Positions 13,100 to 25,900 of a DNA stretch of 64,000 nucleotides are shown here, in pieces. Within the stretch, counting starts at the first letter, position 1, and every line of letters begins with the position of its first letter. The notes beneath the pieces are model-generated. The model saw nothing but the letters and a program-made list of their open reading frames with translations. It searched no databases and was not told the DNA's origin. Position numbers and translations under genes: made by a program. The DNA is from Octopus vulgaris (taxonomy: Eukaryota): the NCBI GenBank assembly GCA_951406725.2, contig OX597825.1:47492001-47556000 (forward strand). Direction: 5' to 3'.

Positions 13100-13254
13100 T
13101 AAATTTGTTCGTGCAGCACGAAGTTTTGTCAGTGAACAGGTCGCGGTCTCAAAGCGACGAAAATATTTTGACAAATTAAATTTAAATTTTGAAGTGAATC
13201 TAACGGTTTTGTGTGTTTCTTAAATGGTTTATAAACACCTTCCACGCTGCAATT

Positions 13255-13258
<4 letters not shown>
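13100..13258 (+). repeat. Short dispersed repeat (retrozyme/pLTR-like family), copy 2, carrying the hammerhead motif
   Basis: Homologous to 10730-10880 and 51220-51350. Ends in (TA)n. Confidence 0.8.
13125..13175 (+). ncRNA. Minimal type-I hammerhead ribozyme-like motif with G3-C8 core swap
   Basis: Stem I TTTGTCA/TGACAAA; core GTGAACA plus one G; stem II GTCGC/GCGAC; GAAA; palindromic stem III AATATT; U-U cleavage site after 13168. Confidence 0.6.
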
Positions 13259-13311
<53 letters not shown>

Positions 13312-13312
13312 G

Positions 13313-13374
<62 letters not shown>

Positions 13375-13800
13375 TATATATATATATATATATATATAAG
13401 TGTGTGTGCGTGCGTGCGTGTGTGTGTGTGTGTGTATAATGTATGCATGTATTTAGGTATGTGTGTGTGTTGAAATCCTGAATGGATAAAATAATGAATA
13501 AAAAGAATGCATAAAAAGCTCGAGCTTCAGTCAATTTACACTCTAGAATTCTAGTCTTACTCTAGAATTCTAGTCTTCAACTGTAGAAAATCCAGATGCC
13601 ATATCGTCTGAGAAGCGTTGTGTTTTGCTTTTATCTTGATGCAAATCAGATGGATTGCTACTCTAATGTTTAAAACCGCAAATATTACGTAACTTTTTAC
13701 ATGGAACTCTTGCGCTATAACAGAGTTCGTAGAGAAACAATCGATCACTAAAGATGTGATAAACTCTTTCTATATCTTTTATTTGGATTATATATGTGTG

Positions 13801-15049
13801 TACGAGGCGGTGTTCATTAAAGATTTATCTTGACCCACTTCTTAAAGACTGGGATACAAGAAACTTAGCATAATTATTAGTTCTTCTCTAGATAGCTACC
13901 GCTAATGATGACACACTTCTCCCATCGCTTCATGTAGCTCTGAAGACCTACTGTGTTGAATTCGGTAGGTTACGTCTGGAGCCAAGACTTTATCTCGGAA
14001 ATAGCTTCATCATCATCCGAAAGATGCTTCCCCCTTCAAAAACGACACTCTTGGCTGGAAAGAAGTGGAAGTCAGACGATGCGAGGTCGGGAGAGTAAGG
14101 GGTTGAGGAAGGATTTCATAGTCGCAGGTATGTGCTTTCATTTGTGTAACATGCGCATTGTGAACTGGGGCTTTGTCTTGGAGGAGGTGGACTCCTTCGG
14201 TTAGCATGCCCCGCCTCTCTGCCTTGATGGCGTCTCGCAATTTCTTCAACAATGAAGCATAATATGTCCCGTTAATTGTGGTGCTCTTTGCCAGGAAATC
14301 CATCAGCACTACTCTGCGCTGGTCCCAAAAGACTGTGAGCATCATCTTGCCTGCAGAGAGTTGGAGGTGGTGAGTTATTATGCTTCCATTGCTTCGAGTG
14401 GACTTTAGTCTCAGGATCATAGCGATGGACCCATGTTTCATCCTGTGTGATAAATCTGCCTAAAAAGTTCTCGTTTTCTTGGCACATTGCCAAAAGAGCC
14501 TTGTTCTTGTTTCTGGAAAGGCGTGAGCATTCGGCGAATCCATCGTGCAGACAACTTCCGCATGTGCAAATTGTTGTGAATGATTTTTTCCACGGATGTT
14601 ACCCTCATCTTCACTTCTTGGGCTAGTTGTGGAATAGATATTCGGCGATCCTCCAGAAGGGCGGTATCCAATTTATGGAATGGCGGTATGTGCTCATCCA
14701 GGAATAGGAGCAGTTTCCACCGATGTCTGACCATATTTGAACTGGTGATGACAGTGCTTGACTACGTCGTATGATGCTGCGTCGTTATATAAACTTCTTT
14801 CACCTCATCGAAAATGTCTTTTGGTGTACGACCATTCAAGTATAAGAATCTGATCACTGATATGCATTAAACTGCCTCAATTATAACACCTTAGTCCACT
14901 TCAGGATCCGTAACAGACAAACGAATACTAGCGGAAAGCTGCAATTTACAATGTGACATGTAGAGACATGTATGATTATACCTGTACAAGATCCGTTTCC
15001 TCAAATAACCGGAAGTGATCAGGGAAATATTTACTGAATACTCCTCGTA
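13801..15049 (-). mobile_element. Full-length mariner element (DD34D type), transposase pseudogenised
   Basis: TIRs TACGAGG..GT(G/A)TTCA.TAAA.ATTT at both ends with flanking TA. ITQDETWVH, LLQDKAPVH and frameshifted PYSPD region. About 1.25 kb. Confidence 0.9.
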
Positions 15050-15079
15050 TGTGTGTGTTTGTGTGTGCGAGTGCGTGTG

Positions 15080-15697
15080 TGTGAAGGTGAATAACCTGGG
15101 GTGAGGCGTGTAGGTTTCACAGTCATGAGGTCGCTGTTTCTACTCCCAGACCGATTGCGCGTCGTGTTCATGAGCAAAACTCTTCATTTCACGTTGCTCC
15201 AGACCAGCTGTAAATGGGTTACCCTGCAACGAACTAGCCTCCTTATCAAGAGGAATGTGGGCCTGCTCAACAAGCCAGAGCTGTACTTTTGTGATCCTTT
15301 CTAACAAATTGCGCAAGAGTCCTATCTGAAAGTTTTGGTTTTCTTCCGAAGTTTTGTTTCGACAAGGAAGTTCTTCCCTCTTTCTCAAAGGCTGTCATTA
15401 CTTTCGAGACAGTATTTCTTGATACACCAAACAATCCGGCTGTTTTCGTTACGCTAGCGCTTGCCATACGAGCACCAACAATTTGAACTATTTGAAAGTC
15501 CAATAGATCTGTCATTTTAATGGATTTTAATTACATTTTTATGATGATAATCTGAAAAGAAACAGCAAGTTTAGCAAAACATATTAAACAACACTAATAA
15601 TAAATCAAAAACATAAAAATAACAAGCATCTGATGGTGTTATATGTATTTCAAAATTATGATGCTAGGTGTTTCCATTATTTTGTCCAACCCCTGTA
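15080..15697 (-). mobile_element. Tc1-like transposon, 5' part
   Basis: TA|CAGGGGTTGGACAAAATAATGGAAACAC TIR. HTH-type N-terminus MTDLLDFQ..IVGARMASASVTKTAGLFGVSRNTVSKV...GRKPKLSDR. Confidence 0.8.
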
Positions 15698-15716
15698 TAT
15701 ATATATATATATATAC

Positions 15717-15755
<39 letters not shown>

Positions 15756-15759
15756 TAAA

Positions 15760-15965
15760 CATGTGTGTTTGTGTTTGTTCCCCCTCCCCACCATCACTTG
15801 GTATCCGATGTTGGTGTGTTTACGTTCCCGTAACTTAACTGTTTGGCAAAAGAGACCGATAGAACAAGTACTAGGCTTACAAAGAATAAGTCCTGGGGTC
15901 GACTAAAGCCGGTGCTCCAGCATCGCCGCAATCAAATGACTGAAACAAGTAAAAGAATAAAAGAA
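15760..15965 (+). mobile_element. SINE 3' half (same family as 60042-60442)
   Basis: GGCAAAAGAGACCGATAGAA..AGTACTAGGCTTACAAAGAATAAGTCCTGGGGTCGA...GTGCTCCAGCAT...TGACTGAAACAAGTAAA, shared with 23535-23706 and 60240-60442. Confidence 0.85.
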
Positions 15966-15992
15966 TATATATATATACATATATATATACAC

Positions 15993-16037
<45 letters not shown>

Positions 16038-16230
16038 AGATAAATAAAAATATATGCATACATACAAACATATATGTACGTACCTACATCTACATCTATA
16101 TATATATTGGCCTGGTCGCTTAGCCAGCGGGGTGGCGTCATTTGAAGGCTAAAACAATGCGAAGCGCATTGTGACCAGCGATGTGTAGCAGCATCTGATA
16201 GCCTGGTCAGTCACGGTGACGGTGATCACG

Positions 16231-16284
<54 letters not shown>

Positions 16285-17217
16285 CAATTAAGATTCAAGT
16301 GAATTCCAATGAATTCAAATGAATGCGGTACTTAACTTAGATGCACCAGAAATCTTTATGGTATTAACCATAAATTAATGTGGGGTGATTATAAACAAGA
16401 AAAAAGCAACAAGAATAGATTAGTTGTTCAGTACAATTGTTTCATACGAAGAACAGATTTATTTAAAGCTGCAAAAATTGCAGCAACTACAAGTGTCCCG
16501 TATTCATTAGCCAAAACACATATGAGTTTTCCAAACATCCTAGGGAGTGAGGCTACACTCATGAAGTATCGAAGAGAGTTCTATGAAAAGCAAAGTTAGG
16601 TTGTAAGCAGGCTTAAAATGTTTTCTAATGATGCACAGTTTATAAAAGGTTTTTAAAAAGATTGTTAGCTTCTCAGAAAAGGTAAATCCATCCATAATAA
16701 TGCAGGTGTAATTTCCGGAGATATGAGGAAAAGATTTTATTCACTGAGAAGATGAATGTATCCATAATAATGCAGATGCAATTTCCTGATATATGAGGAA
16801 AAGATGTTGATCAAACATCTATTCATTTCACAAACTCAGTTGTTGGAAGAAGAGATTGGCTATAGTGGCTAAAATAAGTCGCAAAAGAAGTCAGTGAAGC
16901 AGAAACCGCCCAAATAAGGACATTATGGGAGGAAGGGGTAGGGGAATAAGACGGCGTAAGTACACTACTTACAAAGGTTAGTTTATTTCTGTGGTGACAG
17001 AAAATCTAGGTCAGTGTTGCAGGAATTTAAGATTTATAAGGGAACAGTATTTTTGACCAGCAAACAGCTATTAACTGCCACTCCTACAGAGTCAATGGCA
17101 GGATAAAGAATATAAAGAGATCAAAGGAAAGAATTATATATACATACATATATATACATACATACATATATGTATGTATATATGTATGATGTATATATAT
17201 ACAGTTATGTATGTATA

Positions 17218-17282
<65 letters not shown>

Positions 17283-17863
17283 ATGTCAGGTCACTTATGA
17301 GACTCTCATAAGTGCTACTGGTAACATGGAATCTAATGCAACCTGTTGCATGGTCGGGTTGCCGCCGACTAAACTGGCATCCCACGGGGCTATCCTGGTG
17401 AAGTGAGTTGCTAGAAACCCAGCAGGATTAAAACAAGACCTGTTGAAAGGTTGGATGAACCTACTGTAGGCTCAACGGCTATCTAGCCGTAGTACGGGTG
17501 CGCAGAAATTCCGGTATGGCGTCCGGCGTGCTGAAAGACCACTCCTCAGCTTCTTTTGAAGCATGTCTCTAGGAGACGGTCACTCTGATAAAAAAACCAG
17601 ATATGCAGGGAATGGCATTGGACATTTTTGGGATCATTGGTTTGTGCTAGAGATCATGGCGCCCCCACATCTCCGAGCCTATGACTCATATGTGTACCAG
17701 ACATCTTGTTCTGATTTGTGTCTGGATAATGTTAATAAAGTGAAGACGGTCTATGAGGTGTCGTGCAAGCCTTGTTGGACCTAAAACTCTGCACAGGCAT
17801 TGCTGACCTCTGCTCGATATGTGCTGCTTTTGCCCTATATACATTTATTTTATTTTCAGTATA

Positions 17864-19828
17864 CACTCTGCAACAAATTTCAAGTTCAAAAACAGTACAA
17901 GTTAAGTAAGACTGTTTCTGGGTCAAAAAATTATCCTGATTCTGACCTTTACTTCCCCAGGTTAGGCACCATTTTCCTATACCATGAACCATATGTTTTA
18001 TAATATACTGCATAATATTGCGTATTGAACACAACATTGCAAATACTGTAAGTTACAAAAACAAAAAATTTAGTTGGTATAACAAAACATATTGGTTATG
18101 AATTAAAAACACACCTGTCAGTTTAAACAATTTTTGTCCTTCTAAGCCTCTTGTGCGGAGTGTGATCTTCCTTTTTCACACCCCAGCAGTAGTCTGCCAA
18201 TATGCCAGGGTTATATTTTCCTTTGAATCGTCGCTCCATTACTGAAATATCCTGGTGGGATCTTTCGCCATGTTTATCACTCACATCACCAAGATTTTCT
18301 GCAAAAAATCCAAATGAGAGTGAAGTACATGAACTTTTAGAGACATGTTACATCCCATATCATGATAATGAGTCAGCAGATCATTCACAAGGAACTTTTC
18401 ACAAAGTCCAAGGCTTTCACTAATTGCTTAAACAAACCAAGTTTAATATGCAAAGTTGATAAAAAAATTCTATCACTTTCACATGTGGTTTGTGCATGAT
18501 GTGTTTTCCTTGCTCAATTTCATCTCGGATCGGCCAATACTTGCGTTCATAATGTTCAGCTCTTGCTCTGGAATTCCATAAGCACAGGAAGCAGTAAAAT
18601 TTAATATAGCCAAGCTAAAGACCAGTAAGCTTGGTTACAACCTTAAAATCGGCACAAATATGCCAGGAATGTTCATCATACTGTATGCTTGTTAGAATTG
18701 CTTTCAGATTTTCGTATGATTCTTTCATGGTTGCTATTGGAACAGAAGGCAGAGTATTACCATTGTGTAGCAGAACAGCTTTGATGCTGTCCTTGGATGC
18801 ATCTATGAAAAGTCGCCAGTTGGTTTTATCATATACTATTTCCAGTGGCTCAAAAAGTTCAGTGATGTCATTACAAAAGCATAAGTCATCCTTCATGGTG
18901 AATAATGCAAGCAGATCCTTTGTACGTTTTCTGTACAGTATTATCTTCACTCCTTTCTCAACAAGATTACGTTTTTGAAGCCTTGATGCTCACTTTTCTT
19001 TTTCGTTAAATAGAGATCCCTGCACAAGTCATTTAGAGTCTCTAGAGAAAAGGATATTGGTTTATTCTCGCTTTCTGGATCCTTGAGCTCCACACATTCA
19101 CCACTGGAATGTTCGTCAGCACTGCTGGAACTCAGCATTTCTTAATCTGGAGGTTTGGGTACAGGTAAATTTTCTGAGTGCTCTACTGGGCACATTGCTG
19201 ATTGCAAATTTGGGTAAACAATATGTTTCTTTTTCTTTGCTGTAAGTCATGGTGACAGAAATAGCAATCATTAGTGACCTTTCTGCTCACGCCAAATCAT
19301 TGGCACACCAAACTTCATGCGAACATTTTTTCCTGCATACCAGGCACTCAATGTCTTTACACATGTAAGGCAATACACATGACGAGCCCATGACTTATCT
19401 TGGTCTCCTAAGTAACAATCGAAGTACGCCTTGTATATTTTCTTGATATGGCGTGTAATACTGTGCTTTTCTTTAGCAAAAGTCAATTCCCCAAAGATAT
19501 AACAGAATCTGTTTGGATCATTTTTGCACTGTCTTGCACTCATTGTTGAAAACAAATAAGACCTGAAATATAAAAAATAACATTAAATACAAACTTTGAA
19601 TCACATTGTAGGTGTTACTAAGACTGGTCTCTAGCTCTGGGTTGAAACCCATTTTACAATGCGATAGAGAATTTTATTTAATAATAATGACAAAAAGGGT
19701 ATACAGTAACAAATCTGTAGAAAGCATGCCTAATTCAACAAAACGAAGGCCAGAAATGGATTTCCCATGTCATTTTGCATATAAAATTGGCCACAGATCT
19801 CTTGTACTTTTTTGAGTGTTGTACAGTG
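17864..19828 (-). mobile_element. Probable Chapaev3-type (CMC superfamily) DNA transposon, pseudogenised
   Basis: CACT.T.CAACA termini. Transposase motifs C..NRFCYI, YLGDQDKSWA.H, WREQ.GH..DCYFC, WRLFIDASK.SIKAVLLHNGN, ICADFKVV, HGERxHQDI, LADYCW. The family name is from my memory of these motifs. Confidence 0.65.
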
Positions 19829-19899
19829 ATTTATGTATCTTTATTTTTAGTATATATAAATATACTAAAATGCTTTAATGCGTTAACTGTATCAAATCC

Positions 19900-20780
19900 A
19901 AAAGGCACTCTATACGTTCGGGCATTATAACGACACCGTAATTCCCCTAACGGGATGAAAGAAATCCCTATTCATGACGGTCCCAGAAAATCATTGAGAG
20001 CCATTACCAAAAACTTTAGGTGTCGGAGTGGACTATTAGAACTGTGGAGTACGAGGATAGTCGATATGGGTTGTATGCATAGAAGCGAGGCCAGTTCATG
20101 GCTGGGAAGGCAAAGGAAAACCGCTGGAGCTGTGCCAGGTGGTTACTTACCTAAGTCGAAAAAAACACCGACAACATGAAAGGCTTTGGTTCTTTTCTGA
20201 TGAGAAAACACTTCGACCAAGACCAAAAGTCCAGCAAGAGAAATGACAGATGGTTACGTGCATATCCTTCTGTTTCCACAGCGGTACAAATGAAGTTTCC
20301 GGCAACTTTGATAATTTTAAGAGTAGTGAATAACGAAGGTCTTATCATGTCATCTCACACTTTTCCATAGGGTCTTAACATTAATGCTGCAGTTGTTAAG
20401 CAGTAAGTGGATGAAGCACGAAGCGGAGTGCTATACGTAATTCAACAAGACTTAGTACCGTCTCACAAACCCACGTAACTAAAATTTGGATGTTAGTTCA
20501 TTAAGTAATATCAAACTTATGGCCTCCAAACTCGTAATATTTAAGAACTGTAGACCACTACATTTGGAGCGTTGTCGAAAGAAAGACTAATTGACCTCCT
20601 CACAATACGATATTTTCACTGAAACAGATGTTATCCAAGTGATGCTCGAGATGAATAAGGACGGTTTAGTTCAAGCATATCAAACATTCTGCTCCCGCAG
20701 TGAAGTAGTAATCGAAGCTGAAGGCAGATTTATAGAATAGTTTTACAAGACCGTTAATCGTATTTTTAGTAAAATACTCT
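19900..20780 (+). mobile_element. Decayed Tc1/mariner (maT-like) transposase
   Basis: FFSDEK / DQDQK..RNDRWL / QQDLVPSH / WPPNS remnants spread over several frames. Confidence 0.7.
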
Positions 20781-20966
20781 TGATTTTTGCTAGGTTAGAG
20801 TTGTTTATTAAACTACCAAGCATATCCTTAAATCTTCTTGCACAATGTATTTGTGTTATCTCTAAATAAGAGAGAAATTCAACAAAATGCGTCCCAATGA
20901 TATATAATACATATATATATATACTTACACACATACATACATATATATATATAGATACATACACAC

Positions 20967-21009
<43 letters not shown>

Positions 21010-21060
21010 AAACAAGGTGGAATAAATAGTACTCGAATACCAAAGATAGAGTAATATGCG

Positions 21061-21205
21061 TTATTAAAAATCAGAAAAAATATCACAAAAACTTTTACTC
21101 AAAGTTTCACGTTCCCGTTCGTCGGACAGTTTTATTTTGTTCGATGAACGGGAGTATGAAACTCTGATTAACAGCTTTTGTGATATTTTTGCTGCTTTTT
21201 AATAA
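21061..21205. repeat. Palindromic ~70-bp inverted repeat with a hammerhead-like motif in each arm
   Basis: Arms 21061-21129 and 21137-21205. Arm consensus CTGT-CCGACGA-ACG(GGAA)CGT-GAAA-CTCTGAG-TA-ACAG. Confidence 0.75.
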
Positions 21206-21217
21206 AGTATGTATCAT

Positions 21218-21259
<42 letters not shown>

Positions 21260-21329
21260 CATACAAACATACATACATACATACATACATACATACATAC
21301 ATACATACATACATACATACATACATACA

Positions 21330-21364
<35 letters not shown>

Positions 21365-21377
21365 GTATATATATATT

Positions 21378-21411
<34 letters not shown>

Positions 21412-22084
21412 CATATAAATTTGACATGGGCGATTCTTTCTTGTCTTGGGATTCACGGTCAAACGGCTGGGTAGAATTTGCGCGAAAAATTACTCAGATG
21501 TGTAAAATGATCCGGTGGTGATGCTGACCTTTATATTTTTTTCATAGCTCCCATGGTTACCGAGATAATTCACTATAACAATACTTTTGTGTTTATGAAT
21601 AAGAAAGGAAGTGGTGAATGATATATAAGGAAGGAATGGGTTATGTAATATTTTTTCATAGTTCCCATGGTTACCGAAATAATCTACTATAATAATACTC
21701 TTGTTCTTTATGAATGAGAAAGGGATGGGTGATAGATGAATAAGGAAGGAAGGTAGTGGGATGATGAAAATTGTACGCTGAAAAAATAAATCAAACAGCG
21801 TTTCGACTCTGTGTGAATATATGTGCGTATTTGAAAAAGAGGGTATGTGAATGTGTGTGTGTGTGTGTATGTGTGCGTTTGCGCGCGATGGAAGTGGGAT
21901 GGTTCATCTTTGTTCGCTTAGTATTTAGGTTTATTTTTCGATCTGATTGAATCTTGGTTGATTTTTTTTGTTGATCAGTTAGTTTTAGCGTTTTGACAGG
22001 AAAAAGTCATTCTAAAATTGTTTTTTAATGTAAGCGTACCCAAACAGTCGAATGCTTATGCAGAGCAAGTTTTACACACATATT

Positions 22085-22395
22085 GGCACAACGTCGATTA
22101 CGACAACGAGTGCTCCAGTTGATCCGATCAACGGAGCAGCCAGCTCATGGAAATCGTGCAATTTGCTGATCATTCCACGGGCACGCGTACCCTTAACGTA
22201 GTTTTCAGGGAGATTCAGCGCACCACAAAATGGGACAAGTGTAGCCCTTTGAATTACAGACACAACTCATTTTGCCAGCTGAACGGAGTGGGACAACGTG
22301 AAATAAAGTGCTTTCCTCAAGGACGCAATGCGCCAGCGGATATCGAACTTTTTATCTTAGGATCAAAAGCCAAATACACTAACCACAACGATACG
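22085..22395 (-). mobile_element. tRNA-derived SINE
   Basis: On the - strand: GTGGTTAG A-box-like and AGTTCGATATCC B-box-like motifs, then a GTCCTTGAGGAAAGCACTTTATTTCAC central domain typical of invertebrate SINEs. Confidence 0.6.
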
Positions 22396-22703
22396 CTCCT
22401 TAGTATATATGTGTGTGTGTACATATGTATGTATATATACACACACATACGCACACTCATATACGCACGTAAGCACGCTCATACACATATAAGGATGTGT
22501 ATGTTACACGGGACTGTGACATTTGAGTAATGTGACAAAATATAGCGCAAAGACCAATAGCTCAGAGCTATTGGTCTGTCCTTTTACAGGTAGTGAATAT
22601 TTTGGAAAAGGTCCAACATAGAATTATTTCCCTGGCAATACGATTCATTCACTTATTAATTGATTTATTTTTTCAGGAGAAAATGTAATTACGTATGTGT
22701 GTA

Positions 22704-22751
<48 letters not shown>

Positions 22752-22848
22752 TGTATGTGTGTGTGAGCGAGTGAGTGAGTGAGTGACGAGTGAGTGGGTG
22801 ACGAGTGAGTGAGTGATCAGTGACTGAGAGAGAAAACAGAGAGTGTGC

Positions 22849-22900
<52 letters not shown>

Positions 22901-23048
22901 CAGCCAGATTGTCTACAAGTTTTGCCTAAAACTTTTGATAATTTTGATGATTCATAAACTTTGAATAGACTCAAGATCCATTTCTTTAAAAAGCTGTTAT
23001 AACTACAATTTTGTTATATTCATAAAATATTCTCTTTATTTATTTCAG

Positions 23049-23140
23049 GTTCTAGAAGATATGATATTTGTGATTGGTGGTTTCGATGGTATAACAACCA
23101 TTTCAAGTGTTGAATGTTTTGATGCTGTCACACAACAATG
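23049..23140 (+). CDS. KLHL10: KLHL10-like exon 4 in window
   Basis: tttcAG / GTAATG. Encodes VLEDMIFVIGGFDGITTISSVECFDAVTQQ(W). Too short to appear in the ORF track. Confidence 0.93.
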
Positions 23141-23209
23141 GTAATGTATTGTAGTTTAAATCGATATGATAATCATTTCTATGACATACAACGTCTGTAA
23201 GAAGTATTG

Positions 23210-23706
23210 GGTTCAAATTTTTGGCACAAGGCCAGTAGTCCAGGGGAAGAGGGCTAGTTGATTACATGGACCCAAATGCTCAATGCTCAACTGGTATTTG
23301 TTTTATCGAAATGATGAAAGCAATGTCGACCTCGGCGGAATTTGAACACAAAACGTAGAGCCGCCTGACAAAATGCCGCTAAGCGTTTTGCTCGCCGTGC
23401 CACCTTACATTTGTGAGAACACTGCCTTATATTTGTGAGAACTACTATATGAAATATCAATATATATATGGAATAATGACAAATATATTCGTGAATATAA
23501 GTTTTCTCTCCCCTGCTGATCCTATTAAGTAATCTGTGTTTTTGTGTTTGTCCCCCACCGTTAACGTAAAGGTTCTGCAAAAGAGACAGAAGACAGAATA
23601 AGTACTAGGCTTACAAAGAATAAGCCCTGGGGTCGATTTGTTCGACTAAAGGCGGTGCACCAGCATGTCCACAGTCAAATTACTGAAACAAGTAAATTAT
23701 AAAAGA
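23210..23706. mobile_element. Two SINE fragments (23210-23405 on -, 23535-23706 on +)
   Basis: Homologous to the 8995-9140 family and the 60042-60442 family respectively. Confidence 0.7.
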
Positions 23707-24157
23707 ATATGTTTATTTGTAAGTTTAGAGTGTACAATTATCTGGCAGGATACCAGTATCTCTATTCCCAGTTAATTTCTTTCATATATTTATATATTCC
23801 TTAGACTAATCTTTTGTTCTGTAGCAAAAGCTCTGTGGATCGTTATATCTACAGCTATCTTGGAACAATAAATATTACCTACGCATTACACATTCATATC
23901 ATTATCTTTAATTTACAACCATGTTTTCATTTTCTATAATAATAACTTTGCTCCTTTTATTAGAAAGTTACTGTAACAGAAATATCTTACTTGGCAAAAT
24001 AATTATATACTTGTCTGGATATTTATATAAATCTCGTTCACTACTACCGGCTCTTGCTATATTTCACCTCCGTAGATAACAGATAAATGATAATCCAAAA
24101 TGGCAGATAGATAGAGACAGAGAGAAAGAAAAAGAGAAAGAGAAAGAGAGAAAGAGT

Positions 24158-24204
<47 letters not shown>

Positions 24205-24399
24205 AATTGTTTTGAGAATCTGATTTTTTTCTTTCTTTCGTGTGCACAGTCGCGTCCCCGAATTAGGATTCGCTTGTGCTATATTCTAACAATAATATGT
24301 TAAATCTTCTCCTAGCTTTTATTTAACTATGATGTAAAATCGAAGAGTATTCTTAATGCTCCAAAATAAAGAAGACGTGTGAGGCGTTTTAACTTAAAG

Positions 24400-25900
24400 G
24401 TTGTGTTATCTTTCTTGATCGTGTAATCTCTAATACTAAGATCTATCTCTGTGACCGGAACATTCTCCAAGTTATTTCGTAATAATCCCCTTTAAAAGTC
24501 AGAGAACTGTTTCACCTTAACTGCTATTCCAATAGAAATATGTTAGCTGGCGTCATCATCTTAGATATCCTCTTCCAAAATTGTTACACCGATCAAATAA
24601 AACAGAAATTATATTTTGAGATTATCTAAATCCTTATTTGTCAAATATACATTTGTATCATTAACTGATGCTGTATAACAATATATCGGTTTAGAGCCTT
24701 TACCTCTATCTCTCTGTTAGACGTAGATCTCATCAGTGTCACTGCTGATATGGAAGTTACTCGCAGTTGTTGGTGTCTTACTAATCCTGATGTCCAAGTT
24801 GCTGTTTTCTTCAGGTGTTCCGTCTATTACATCAAATGCTGGAACTAGCATTGACACAACGAAAGCATTGTGAGATATGGTTTTATTGAATGCACACAGC
24901 TCTGACTTCCATATTTTCTGAAGTCTGCTGAAGTATTCTATTGTCATTAACTTCACTTTCATCACCAACACATGTAATATTAGTACCGACTCCGACGTAT
25001 TGTGTGTCACTGGAGGTAAGAGTGACACAGGCCATTGATATCCATATTACCTTGTTCACAATCTTTCCACGTTGGACTGCTGAAAGCGAGGACTTATCCT
25101 GGCATAACCCTATTCCTATGTCCGGCAAGGATGATGCGACCGGCTCTGTCTCTTGGTGTCATGAATAGTACTTTCGTACATCTTACGTTCATCAGAAAGG
25201 TCTGGGTGAGATATTTTTTCTCTCCTCTGCTGATCCTATTAAGCAACCTTTGCATTTCTTTAGCAGGGCCGATAAGGGGTTCACCGCCTGGACAAAAAGC
25301 ATTATAGAGAGCTCGTGCCATTTTTGCCTCTTCCGCTAGTCTGATAGCCTTCAGTTTTTTCGATAGCTCTATAGACCACATTATTGTCAGTCTCTTAATG
25401 GCATCGACTTAGCAAGCCCTAATCACTTTAGTGCCCATGAGTGAGGAACAGAGTCAAGCGCCTTACAATCTGTAGGTTTCGGCGGTACCGTTTCGTTTCG
25501 TTAAGAACAGTTTAAATCATCAGAAGTTGTTCAGTACAGTTCCGTATTCCTTCTTTCCTCCGTCCTGCTCATCAGTCACGACATTGTTTGTTTTGCAGTG
25601 ACCCCGGAGGAATGCATTCAAGCAACCTGTGTGTAAGTTATACATCACGTACAGGTACGCTATGTGCCTGTAGGTTTTGGCAAGATGCGTCTCCTGGTTT
25701 TTCACCACTAGTCTTGTACAAGCAAGAGCCGAACAAAACTACATGTGAATCTCAGCGTTCATTTTTCTTTTGAACAAGTTAACGAAGACGAAGACTTATT
25801 TTGAACAAGAGATTCTTGCATAAATAACCGACTATCATGTTTCTCCTAGGCGGTGATCCATTCGGCAATTTAGCAACAACCGTCAAGAGAGTTTGACTGT
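24400..25900 (-). mobile_element. Decayed R4/Dong-clade LINE RT fragment
   Basis: Remnants LHTGCLNAFLRGHCKTNNVVTDEQDG and IWKSELCAFNKTISHNAFVVSMLVP match the Dong RT at 45817-46871. Confidence 0.6.

Noticed and set aside
16690-16812. ~70-bp tandem duplication (similar ones at 13540-13578, 21530-21770, 51870-52140)
   Set aside because: Local duplications with only two units and no repeat-spacer structure. Not CRISPR-like.
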